From Oculina patagonica (taxonomy: Eukaryota): a stretch of DNA of 64,000 nucleotides. The position numbers were made by a program, and so were the translations under genes. The first letter of the stretch is position 1; each line of letters begins with the position of its first letter. Below, piece by piece: positions 13,401 to 24,300 of the stretch. The stretch is taken from positions 29,822,001 through 29,886,000 of the forward strand of contig NC_135761.1 of the NCBI RefSeq assembly GCF_052425735.1, read 5' to 3'. Below the pieces are notes generated by a model. That model made no database searches and had not been told where the DNA came from. It saw only the letters and a list, made by a program, of their open reading frames with translations.

Positions 13401-15532
13401 CTGAAAAAAATATCATACCATGAGCCAGGCTGACCATCTTATCAATGAGAGATTTAGTTTGCCTCTCCCAACTATACTCTTCCCTGTAAAACGTACGCAG
13501 CGATTTAGACTCCTGAAGTCGCTTTCTTCTTTCTTTGCCCGAGATGTGCTTGATTGATTTGGCCCATACTTCGGCTTCATCAGAATCAACCACAAATGAA
13601 GAACCAAATGACACTTTACTTAGAGCTTCTCCAAATCCAGAGTTTCCACTAACAAGGATGGGTAGACCAGCTGATAAGGCTTCAAGACCTGTCAAACCAA
13701 ATGCCTCTGTTCTCGAAGGCATTAATGCAAGATCGACTTCGCAAAGCAAGTTTTTTAAACTTTCCCGGCTTTGTAAAAAGCTTCGTACAGTTAGGCGTTG
13801 AGCAGCGATGCCACACTCGAGCAAACGATTTTTTACCTCGTCTTGCTTTCCATTAGGTGCACCGACGAAAACAAGATGGGTGCCATCTAACATAGCAACA
13901 GCTTTGGCTGCAATGTCAAACCCTTTCAGTTCAAAATCTTCTTTATCTCCACGCCCAAAAACAAGGACTTTGAACTTTTTCCTTTCATCATCAACCTGCT
14001 TGACGTCGGAAAACTCAGCAAAAAGTCCAGGAGTAAATTCAAAGACTATTTGATCTTTCTTACACCCGCGAAGATAAGAGCGAAAAGCGTCACTCAATTT
14101 GGGTCCAACTGTTACCACAAAGTCAGCCATTTCACAAAGTTCGACTTCAGTTTCATGTTTTTCCTCATTAACAGAAACTGGATTAGAATATGTCTTATAC
14201 ATTCCAAGTTCCTCAGGGGCTGTATGAACAACCTGAACCCATTTACAATTGTGAGACTCCCTTATTACTTGTGCTTGATGTCCGAGCTTCACACCATGAC
14301 CAACAACTACGTCAATTTGCAAATCATCTGGTGGGAAGCTCAGCCATTCAAGCTCATCGTAGCCAGGTCGCCTTTTTGCCTTGACAAGATCAATCCGGTG
14401 ACTAAGAGCAGCTTTTTGGTCTTCGTCGTTGCATTGTGGGACAAAAATAGTGACATGTACGTCAGGGTCTTTTGCCACGTTTATGGCTAACTCTCTGTTT
14501 ACGGTGGAAAGTCCTCCTTTACTTGATCCCCATTCTGATGCCAGGAAGGTAACTCTTAATTTCCTTGACGATGTGTCAGGACCACTACTCTCTTGATGTT
14601 CTTCTACACTGGTCATAAGAGGACAGCTCGAGGATTCTGATTCCTGAAATAAATCATGCAAACTTGTAACATCCAAACAACGTTACGGTCTCGTTTCCTA
14701 ATGGACGTAAAGAATTCAAATAGCTGTATTACAAAGATAAGATCCTGATCGCATGAGCTCTTATCAGAGTATACCTTCCATGTTTAACTGTACATGCAAT
14801 ATCTGATTAACATGTGTTTAAGGGTTCAAACATCAAACGTCTCATTTACAGTTTTATGCATAAGACAAGCGTTTTAAATGTTACTTTCTCGAGGACCCTC
14901 AGGAGAATTTGACTGAAGAACGCAAGAAAAGACTTGTTCAAAGGCGTACCCGAAAGCACCTTTAGCTTTTTAAATGCTCTCCAGCAATTGACCAAGTGCG
15001 TCCATAGCTCGATAGACGCACAGCAGCTTGAAGTGTAAGCAAGAATCAATTTTAATCGCCAATTTAAACCAAAATTCTCTTGATAAGGCTTCTGTTTCAC
15101 TGTCCGTATGTTGATGCTTCGTGGGGCTAGAAAAATTACACTGATAGTAATGTTGGGAAGAGCTTTTCTGTCGTTCCTTATTTTTAAAACAACATAGGTT
15201 ATTTTTGCCCATTAAGCGAACAAAACATATCTGCTTAGTGGTGATAAAGTTTGCATATGGTACACGTCAATTTATGGAGCTCGGGAGTGTGGTTGCGTAC
15301 TTGCGCTATTAAGGATTCACTGGCTGTGTTATAACGCTTTTTTGATACCTTAGTTAACGTGTTTATTAGGCCTCTTTCAACTTGAAGGTAGCAATAAAAT
15401 ACTTTCTGTAATACCCGAATTAAGTGATCTAGCGAATTCTTTGTGATTGCATGGGTTGACCCACAACATCATGAGTCCAGTGTCCCATAATTTTAAAAGG
15501 TTAACAATAAATACCTTTGTTTGCAAGGACAT
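1450..15532 (-). CDS. Multi-exon NLR-like immune protein, copy 1 (GT4 glycosyltransferase - 2x TRADD-N-like - T/E/Q octapeptide repeats - RI-like LRR; no NACHT); 3' end probably continues left of 1450
   Basis: Phase-compatible GT-AG exons read on the minus strand: 15532-15515 (MSLQTK), 14643-13419 (GT4), 12879-12799, 12375-11941 (TRADD-N-like 1), 11606-11478, 10235-9843 (TRADD-N-like 2), 8764-8048 (octapeptide repeats), 7059-5823 (LRR), 1520-1450. No in-frame stop across about 1435 codons. Every exon has a counterpart of the same phase in the paralog at 32.6-52.8 kb. Confidence 0.8.
1689..4181 (-). mobile_element. Non-autonomous split-direct-repeat element (Ngaro/PAT-like tyrosine-recombinase retrotransposon derivative)
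   Basis: 74-bp repeat at 1689-1762 and 2003-2076; 154-bp repeat at 1851-2004 and 4028-4181. Minus-strand order is A1-interior-B1A2-spacer-B2. No TSD; a GT dinucleotide is shared by both ends and the internal junction. Confidence 0.75.
2668..3160. repeat. Polypyrimidine (T/C) low-complexity tract with internal duplication
   Basis: Almost only T and C; the block ttcttttttcttacttcttctttctc...tcatctcttttc recurs near 2813 and 2903. Confidence 0.85.
4320..4420. mobile_element. Small hairpin MITE with TA(A/G)CCTG...CAGGCTA ends
   Basis: About 47-bp imperfect inverted arms with a short loop; no TSD seen. Confidence 0.6.
5823..7059 (-). CDS. Exon encoding about 13.5 ribonuclease-inhibitor-type 28-aa LRRs (NLRC3-like), copy 1
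   Basis: 84-bp tandem units encoding SLTxLDVSKNxIGxxGARSLSEALKVNT. Acceptor ttgcag borders 7059. AG|gtaaag donor at the apparent stop codon. Confidence 0.92.
7398..7587 (-). mobile_element. tRNA-derived SINE-like repeat (degenerate)
   Basis: Reverse complement of the spacer plus tRNA-like arm seen at 37930-38106. Confidence 0.65.
8048..8764 (-). CDS. Exon encoding Thr/Glu/Gln-rich degenerate 8-aa repeat region, copy 1
   Basis: ORF 7893..8861; acceptor cgttag borders 8764 and donor G|gtaaag borders 8048. Octapeptide register xEETQ(I/T)Qx. Homologous exon at 44777-45430. Confidence 0.8.
9843..10235 (-). CDS. Exon encoding TRADD-N-like domain 2, copy 1
   Basis: ENSLRIAVECHNLESLERLWEDYRSGRLD...ILEEDYLACKEFL, a clear paralog of the 11941-12375 exon. 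Phase 1-1 splice sites. Confidence 0.7.
11941..12375 (-). CDS. Exon encoding TRADD-N-like domain 1, copy 1
   Basis: Motif EGSLRIIVECSTLEILERLWEDYRSGNLN...ILEEDYLACKLFL resembles metazoan TRADD-like N-terminal domains (recognised from the motif, not searched). A 435-bp exon of the same length lies at 48105-48539. Confidence 0.7.
13419..14643 (-). CDS. Exon encoding GT-B fold glycosyltransferase family 4 (Glycos_transf_1, MshA-like) domain, copy 1
   Basis: ORF 13378..14676 contains EWGSSKGGLST, VVHT, FGR...KGFD and the GT4 ExFG...E signature PSRTEAFGLTGLEALSAGLP. Acceptor tttcag borders 14643 and donor G|gtatga borders 13419. Confidence 0.92.
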
Positions 15533-15630
15533 CACTGGAAGCGTGGAATTTGTTTTGATCCTTTGCAGGTCATACAGTTACTAAAATGATAAAAAAAAAT
15601 TAATTACCAATCCATGTTTAACATAATTTC

Positions 15631-15857
15631 AGGCCCCACATACGAGGGGACTAGTTGCCGGGACCGATCGCTTTGGTTTTTAGTCCTTGCGACCAGTCCC
15701 ACGATTTCAAACCCGTTTGAATTCGTGGGACTAGTCTCCGGAACTAACATTCGGTCGCTACGACTAGATTTCTTGACGAAAATGGGAAGGGACTTGGTCC
15801 TCGGGACGACCCTCGGGACTAGTCGCAGAGACTGGTCCCCTCGTGTGTACCTGCCTT
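15631..15857. mobile_element. MITE with imperfect TIRs and internal gggactagt motifs
   Basis: catacgaggggactagt near the left end pairs with actggtcccctcgtgtg near the right end; absent from the paralogous intron. Confidence 0.5.
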
Positions 15858-16032
15858 AATAGTGTCTCCAACCAGTTTAATACCGCACTGACTACGAAAA
15901 TTTTTAATAGTTCAAGATTTAATTCATTTTTTAATTTTATTATTAGAGTTTAAGTCTACGCACGTGCATATGTGCGTATATTGTAGCTACGCCGCAGACT
16001 CTATGAGGTTGTTTTGATTTACAAACTCTCTC

Positions 16033-16318
16033 ATGGTCAGCGTTCTTACCGCGCTGACCTGGACACTAGTTTTCACGTTTTGAAAAAAAAGTCCACCGTG
16101 GACTTTTTTCAAAACGAACCTTCAGAAATCTGCTTCAATCTTCTAAGTGTTTCACTTAATGGAAAAAATTTAGAAGATTGAGAAACTGAGAAGATTGAAG
16201 CAGATTTCTGAAGGTTCTCTACGCGTATTTTTGATTTCGGGTTAAGGTGGACTTGTTTCAAAACGTGAAAACTAGTGTCCAGGTCAGCGCGGTCTGAACG
16301 CTGACCATGTCCCTTTAA
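16033..16318. mobile_element. Palindromic MITE
   Basis: atggtcagcgttc..ccgcgctgacctggacactagttttcacgttttgaaa and its reverse complement ending at 16308. Inner inverted pair gaaccttcagaaatctgcttcaatcttct. Right flank ends in ...ccct-ttaa. Confidence 0.65.
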
Positions 16319-16697
16319 GCTGAAATATTATGATGACTGGATCTGTGCATTTGTTTTTGCAAGCCGTTGATCTGCAGTAAAGGGCACAAAGCAAAGTTGT
16401 CATTTTATACAGTTGGAAGGCATTCACTTTATCTTGCATGGGACATGTTTTATAGCGAGCTTGTTGTGTCTTTCCATGGTTAGTGTTTGCTGACCTGATG
16501 GCGGCCAAAAGGGAATAAGGGGGACCTTTGAACGTAATTGCGATTATAATTAAGAATAAAAAACCGTGGGTAAGAATTTGTTATGCCACTTGTATAATAT
16601 ACAATAATACAGTAAAAATTACAAACTTCAAGTACTAGAGCTGCAAAGTATGTTTTAGGGCAAAAAAACAGTCCTTGAAAGCATTGACTCTCAATAC

Positions 16698-16763
16698 CTT
16701 TCTTTTCGAGGACATCACTGGACATTCTGGTTCGAGGAGGCTCCCTTGCGTGTCGAAGAGTCA
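16698..16763 (-). other. 66-bp upstream exon homologous to the 15515-15580 start exon (5'UTR or alternative first coding exon MSSKRK)
   Basis: tttag acceptor and aag|gtatt donor. Same length and same 3' end (ccagtgatgtcc...aaag) as exon 15515-15580. Counterpart at 53932-54000. Confidence 0.5.
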
Positions 16764-18337
16764 CTAAATGATAAACAATAAACTTCAAACTACATGTGAA
16801 GATTTTTTAGTAGCCTGAAAGTGAGCACCCTGAAAAGTGTGTTATTGATTAGCATTATCACATTATTCCAGAGAAATTTTAGAGCAATGTCGCTGACAAT
16901 TCCAAAGAAAACATCGCTTTCGTTATTCCGTTATTCCCAAAAACCAGGGCCATTATGCCACTATTTATTCCACATCAAAATTTGTCGTTATTGTTAAGCT
17001 AATCATCTTTCGCAGACGTTCTCTTTGCTCATCGCGCAATCTGGGAGGAAAGATTGCGTGACCAGTCAAAAGAACGTCTGCGTAGGTGGCTACCGAAGCT
17101 ACGATATTAGAAACTTCTATAACGTTACCTACACTATATTTTACATTACTAACTTCTAAAATACAGTATTGAATAAAAAACCCAATTGGTAAACCAACCA
17201 TATCCGTTAAATATCCTTAATAGTTGTATTTCATGAATATAATACATAGTGGACAATCGCAAGCGATAAAACCCACATAACGCGGAATGTCGATAGGCTA
17301 ACCAGAGGTTCTGTAAGCTTGGGCAGGAAATCATCGACACTATTCGAAAGAACGCCTATATGCACTAGAGTTCCGAATATCAAGAATTGTATCTCGCATA
17401 GAGTTGAACCCAGTAAAGATACATGATACAGCTTACACTGCTTGCAGTCAACGGCCGGAACCCGACGAATCAAGAAGTATTAACAAATCAAGGTTCAAAC
17501 CTGTATTTTGACGGGCAGACTTGTAGACCATGGATCAAACCTTGTACAACAAGATCAGACTGTCCGCAGCTATTCACAACTGAAAGAGGAACTAAATTAG
17601 CATACTCATCAGTATGCTGCTTGAAAGACGTCAACAAGAGAGGGGAACATAATCGAAACATAAATAAGGAGACGCATGAATGCATACAACAAACTTAGAA
17701 GTATGACTTTAGTTCTTTGTTGCACAATTAACATTGACGAAATAATATGCTACTGGACTACGATCTTCGCTCATCTCGTTGGCTTGCGCATTCTCTCAAT
17801 GTTTATCTCATAGCTTCTCATGCATCAATGGCGCGGGGATGAGTAAAATAGGGAAAGCAAACCTTTGATATGTGGGATAATCTCCTCGCATAAGACCTGT
17901 CCAGAGTACAAGAAAACATTTTCAGGTCGAAGTGAAGTATATCCCTTGGTGAAGAAAGGGGCTATGGCCCCAACAACGATTGAATGAGATTGAACAACAA
18001 AGCCTGCGTCAGGAATGTAATATTATCTAGAGGGATTTTGAGTTTGACCTTTCACTTTCAAGTTCCTGTTATTCTAATTCTATACTAGCTGACAAAAATT
18101 TGTATCAAAACACAGGGAAACTAAATAGACTAGAATATATGCGCTATGTGAAATTAAATGCAATGGAAAAGATATGAAAATAGTCTGAAAATGATTTACA
18201 GCCCCAGAAACTTCCATTATATTCGATTCTTTTTCTGAGGCATTTCAAGGATTCCATAGGCAAAGACGGCGAGAGACTGGTAAAGAAAATAACTCAGTTG
18301 AAGGAGCAGCTACTGGTGACTAGAATGGGTCCAACTT

Positions 18338-18350
18338 CAAAATGGCGGAC
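18338..18350 (+). promoter_or_regulatory. YY1-type motif (CAAAATGGCGGAC) in the putative bidirectional promoter shared by USB1 and the NLR-like gene
   Basis: Matches the AANATGGCG consensus 25 bp upstream of the USB1 ATG; conserved at 56869-56881. Confidence 0.45.
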
Positions 18351-18374
18351 AAATTTGAGTCTTGAGGAGAAAAG

Positions 18375-21300
18375 ATGTCCATAAAACAAGATGGTTTATC
18401 GCAATTGTTGTCATCTTACGGATCCGATGAGTCTGATAACTCAAGCAGTGATAAAGAAGACTCTGATGAAAAAGAAAAGAAAACAATTATATCCGTAAGG
18501 AAAGGAAATTCGCACGAAGCTTGCGATGGTTGTCATGGTTGTGACCCGGCCGCGGGCTGTGAGGACTGCAGTGAGCAAGATAGCAAGACTGAAAGGTAAG
18601 CTTATGAAGTTTATAAAGGTCTTCTAAATGCAATACTCAGACACATTTTGAAACTGTAGTTGGTCAGTATAAACTGCAGGCCTCAACTGCATACTCCGTA
18701 TTAATTGTGATTTCATTTCATATCCCCCCCCCCCCCCATTGATGAACCGTAAGTTGTGCCGACATAATCCCCCCTAATTTTCAAAAACCCCTTCAGAAAA
18801 AAGGCAACTTTTCCCTAACTCCTTCAGAAATATTCGAAAGATCAAAGAATTCCGACAGGGCGACCCCCTCAGAAATGACTATCAAAATCTCGTCTATGGG
18901 GGGAGGGGGAGGGGGTGGATATAAAATAGAATGGCCCTTAGTGCTGAGTTTGGACCACTTTGGACTGGGTGACTTTGGTTGAAGGATTGCAGAGGAAGAG
19001 GATTGTTCTTTACAACTTGCAAGTCTGCAAGACATGCCAGCCATAATTTCTGGTTGGCCTGAAGAACACATTGGTTAGCCTAAATAGCAATCTGGTAACC
19101 TGCGATCAGGCTTTCTTTTTTTTCGCGGCGGAGGGAAGCAGAAAAAAAGGAAAGCCTGATACAATTACTTGTCAAGTCGTCTGCCGCCCACTAATTAAAG
19201 TATCTGTCAACGTTGTCGAGAATGTCGGCAATGCCATCAGATAAGCGTGCATGATTAGCGCCTTCAGATAATATTTTTACTCTCACAAACGTGTTTGAAT
19301 TACCCTTTTTGAACGAGCTGATCGGATGGTTTTTAAAATTTGTTTTCAGCAAAGGCTGATTTGTGTAAGGATCAGACATTTCAAGGTTGTAGTTTTCGTC
19401 ACTGGCACGATCGTCTGGCATCTTTGGTGGTGTGATGTAATAATCTTCGACACCATTGGTGATAGATCACGCTCTTGGCGAATCCCGTCGGAAGCACCGC
19501 CAAAACATCTTTTCTTTCACAAACTATTCATCGAATACACTCCCTTTGTTCGTCTTTAAATGTTTTGTGAACAAAACTGTTGAGAGATTTTCTAAAAACT
19601 AGAAGAACTTGCTCTCTACTTCATTCTGCTCGACACCCGCCATGATAACAATCATCTATGTGCGATATTTTTGGACCGGAAATTAGACTTGAACTCGTTT
19701 AGCCAATCAGGATAGAGTTCTAATGTTGCCTTTTGTTTTCTGACCAATCAGAAAAAAGTCCAGATTCTGGACTTTTTACAGACGACTCGACAAGTAATTG
19801 TATCAGGCGTTCATTTTTCCGTTGACCCCTCCGCCGCGAGAAAAATAACGCCTGATCGCAGGTTAGCAATCTGGAGCCTATAGTAGGCTAAGATAGCTTG
19901 CAGGTAGCCTTTATATTGGGATTTGGGATTTCTGGCTCATATGGCTCATGATTCATATACCGGTAGTAAGATTAATGTTTTACTCTAAAACGTTTGGCAA
20001 AGAAACTGAGAGTGCCAAACCTTTGTTAAATTTATTAGACGTTCTGACTGTAGACAACGTCTATCGTCTCGAAATATTGAAGTTCGCACATTCATGGCAT
20101 AATGGCCTTCTCCCTAGAGTATTTGACCATATATTTAAATATGCTAGAAATATGCATGGATACAACACAAGATATACAGCCAAAAAGAATTTTTATAAGT
20201 ATAGAGTAAACACTAATGTAGGAAAGCATTTCGTCTCTTTCATGGCAATTGATATTTGGAAAGACCTTCCATCTTCTTTGAAAGACTTAAGTGTGTTAGC
20301 ATTTCCCAAGCAAATAAAATGTTACCTCCTGTCAGAACAAAAACTAGGTAAATTGATTTTCCACTAAACTCAGTTTGTAAATTCGTAAGTCCTCTTACTT
20401 ATTGTTTCTTATTAATCACCTTTTTTCTATTCTATTCATAACATTAATTGTACGGAGAGCTAACTTGAAAACCTACCGGTTCATTTAGCTACACAGCTCA
20501 ATACTTAATTAACTACAAATTCCTGTAATATCTTATTTCTATCTAATTAAGAATACGAACACAACTGTAAACTTTAATATGATCGAGCTAAATAAAAAAA
20601 TAATAATTATTATTATTCATGCAAGTCATGCAAGCCACCCTGGTTAGCCTACATGACACATTGGTTAGCAACAACAACAACAGCAATCTTTATTGTACTC
20701 TTCTTGCCTTTTACAATTTACATTTCAAGATATTTTAAAAATAAGAGTTCTGGTTGCCTGGAATAACAATAGTCTGGCTAGTGGAGCCAATCAGCCAATT
20801 CATAAAAGCCTCTATAGTTAGTTTTAAGGTAGCTTACAGTTAACCTTTAAATTGGTATTTGGGATTACTGGCTCACACGACTCACCGGCTTGCATATTGT
20901 CCACACTCATGAAGGAAGCTCAAAGTTTAAAATAAATTACAAGACTATTTAACAGTTAGTTGGCAACTAGCTAGCTAACTAGCTTAATTTATATTTGCTT
21001 AAGCCCTGAGCCAACTATCAAAATCTGATAGAAATTGAGAGGGAGCCATCTTACTGTTTTAGCATAACCCAGAGACTGATCTATTCAGTAAAAAGTTCAG
21101 TGAAAGTGGTTTATGTACAATAATTTTATATGAGCTTCACACATTTTTCTCAATCCTATTAGTTAAAAACACATAGTTGATGTGTAACATGTATTTTTAG
21201 AATTCACTGATAGAGGATTTCACTATTTTAAATGACAGTTTGTGTCTTGTTATTACTGAACAGAGAGATGTTACCACTGCCTAGTAGAGTACTTGACATG

Positions 21301-24300
21301 TTTAAAGAAGGTAAACAATGAAGATTTGTTGCTCATTATTGATTTCTAGGCCTTTGAAGGGATACAATTTGAAGAACAGTGTGTATACCAGTAGGTTTAT
21401 ATTAAAGGTTTCTTTAAAATGCTCAAAAGGGATTCACTCTTGATGTGTTAAGTCTCTGTTCAAAGGTATAAATAAATGTAATTGTCAGAACTCAACACTA
21501 CATGTACCTTAGTGTAATTAAGATAAATTGGATGTTTTTTATATTCATGAAAGTTTAGTGGATCTTGAAACAGTTATGGGAGCATTAAGGTGATGCCTGA
21601 TGTGTTCTCATTGTCACACACTTCACTTTTGTGTTTCTTTAATTCTATAGACTTTCTGAACAAACTTGGTTTTTAGTCATTAAATATCACTACATTTTTA
21701 TCTCCAATAATTTTTTAAGCAGCAAATGCTCTTGAGAGTGGTTTCAGGAATTATGATTATGATAATTAATTAAAAAATAACAACTGAAGGTTTTTTTTGT
21801 AACATTCAAAGAGTTCTTTCTTGTAATTTTGTTCCCTATAGAACATGTTGCCTTTTCATAAAAAAAAACTTAGCTCTGAAAAAATTAGTTCACATGGGCT
21901 GTGCTCGTATAAACCTGCATGCAAGATTTCCCCAGCTCTTCAGTTATGGGCTGACTTCTCAAATTTTGTCCATTGTAGCTTTACGTGCCTTCTGTAAATG
22001 TATGTGTTTGATACTTTTGTTTAGATTCCATACCAGAGGATGAGCCATCTAAACATGATGGACGAGTTAGAACATTTTCACACTTTCCTGGTAACTGGGC
22101 CATGCATGTATTCATTCCATGTGAGTGATATAATTAATTAATAAAATTAATATCTTTTATTAGTTGTAGTATTTACAGTTCAGGGCTGTCACTAATTTTT
22201 CAAGTAGGTGGGGACACGAAAAATGTAGCCGGGGGACAAGATTTTTCTAGTGTTGGCTGTTGATGGGGGGGGGGGGGGGGGGGGGTAGACTTTAGGAAAC
22301 AACAAAATTGTTCCTAATATGAATTGGTTTTTATGCAATTTTTACACCACTGTAACCTACTACTTTCTCTTTCTCTACGAGGAAAATCTGTTTTTTCTTG
22401 GGAAGTTCTTGCCAAAATTGGGGTGCGTCTTATAGCCGAGTATTTTCGCCCAACTAAATCTTATAGTCGTCATTTTATAGGAACTTGCAGTTAAAACTAG
22501 AAAAAAGAAAACTCTTAGTGTTTGTCATTGAACTGTAAATTATTTTACACCTCCAGAACAAGAAACAGAAAGTTTCAACGAAAAGTTTATTATCCGAGTT
22601 GACAAGTTTTGGTACGTAACGACTGCTTACGTATACATGTCAGCATTATGTTGAAACAGACAAAGAAAATCAGGCATACTCATATTAAACAAATCTTCCC
22701 CATCTTGGAAAGTTGATAAATGACTTTAGAAGACAAGGAAACACCAAAAAGGCCTCAGAATCGTTGGAAATCACTCGATAAACAAAGTGCGAACAGGGCG
22801 CGAATCGCGCGAAGCAGTACGAAGCGTGCTTGAGAACTTGGTAACCAAGCTTCAAACTCAGTGGTCACTGGAAACTACACATTTGCCAGGTTACTAAGCA
22901 GCCAAGATCGAAGCAAAAACGATGGAAAAATGTTTACCTCGAGCTAATTTACGCCTTATATTAGCAAGAAATGTTACTTCTTTACCTGAAAATTGTACCA
23001 AGGAGTATGAGCAACATTCAAACATTCAAATTCTGTAAGGAGAACTGTCCTTAAATTGATGACTGCATCTTTTTAACTTCCAAACTCATGGTGCGTCTTA
23101 CAACCGAGTGTTTTCGGAACATTTTCAGTTTGGAAACTTAGGATGACAAAGTTGCCAAGTTTGGGGTGCGTCTTACAACCGAGTGCGCCTTATAACCGAG
23201 AAAATACGGTAATAATAATTTGCACTAATAAACTATTGGTTTGTTTTTTAATTTACGATTTTGTCATTTGATGTATTTTTCACTTTCCAATGTTTTGGTT
23301 TTGTATCAGTCAAAGTAGCCGGGGCTCAAAGTCGTTGTAGCCGGGGAAAATCCCCGGCCCCCGACCCTTAGTGACAGCCCTGCAGTTGTGTATATTTTGG
23401 TTAATTTTGCCCTTTTTACTGAATGGTAATGAAGGTATTAAAATGACTTTGGGGCTTTATTAAATTCACTCACTCACTCCATTCTGATATCAAACCGCAA
23501 TTAATTTATGCGCTAAACGATAAACGTGCTGACAGAAAGGTCCTTTAAACGCATTCAGCACATGTCAATCAGAAATAAATTATTCTTCAACCTCGTTCCC
23601 AGGGTCTCTCTCTTTTAGGGAACTAAATTGAATTTTCACAAAACAAATCGAAAGAGGATCACTTACACTTATCCTCTGGTGATAAAAGAGAATAGAATTC
23701 GCTCAACGAAGGTATACGTAGCGTGGAGGATGACTCGAGAGAAAATGCGGTTACGGGCTGAAATTCGATTCAGAGCAAAAAGCTGTGTGACGTCATTGTC
23801 ACGTGATATTCATTCCGATCTCCCAAAAATTTATATCATATTGCAGTTCAGTCTATGTGTAATCCATGTGATATAGTGGATATGTCATTGACATAAATCC
23901 CTTTAAGTATGAGGGTTTCAAAGTTGATAGGTATCGCTAGAAAAAGAATGGGTCGAGCCACCTTAAAGGAATTGACAGTGGCTGTGAAATTATTTCCGCC
24001 GCCACATAATTTCTCCAGTTTGAATTTGTAAATGAATTCAATTATCTTGCATAAATTGTGACAAAGAATTCATGTCGACTATCTCTACAGTTGCTTAAAT
24101 ACCATTTGATATTAATTATTTCGTTTAAGAGCAAAGAACGGAACAAAATCTGTGAAATGCTACTTACATTAGTGTAAGGCGTTTGCACCCCGAACCCCCA
24201 ACAGGGCGCTGCCCCTGTACCTTGCTAGGGGCCTGTCTAGTCCCCAGACCCCCCCGCATGATGGGGGGCCTCCAGCCCCCAATGCCGTCTTCTATTAAAA

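Noticed and set aside
13378-14676. Bacterial MshA gene or contamination / recent horizontal transfer
   Set aside because: It is an internal exon with canonical splice sites in a metazoan multi-exon gene, and GT4 effector domains are known in coral immune proteins.
14846-15212. Short ORFs conserved in both cassettes (also 52058-52386)
   Set aside because: Conservation reflects the recent duplication of the intron; frames are broken by indels between copies.
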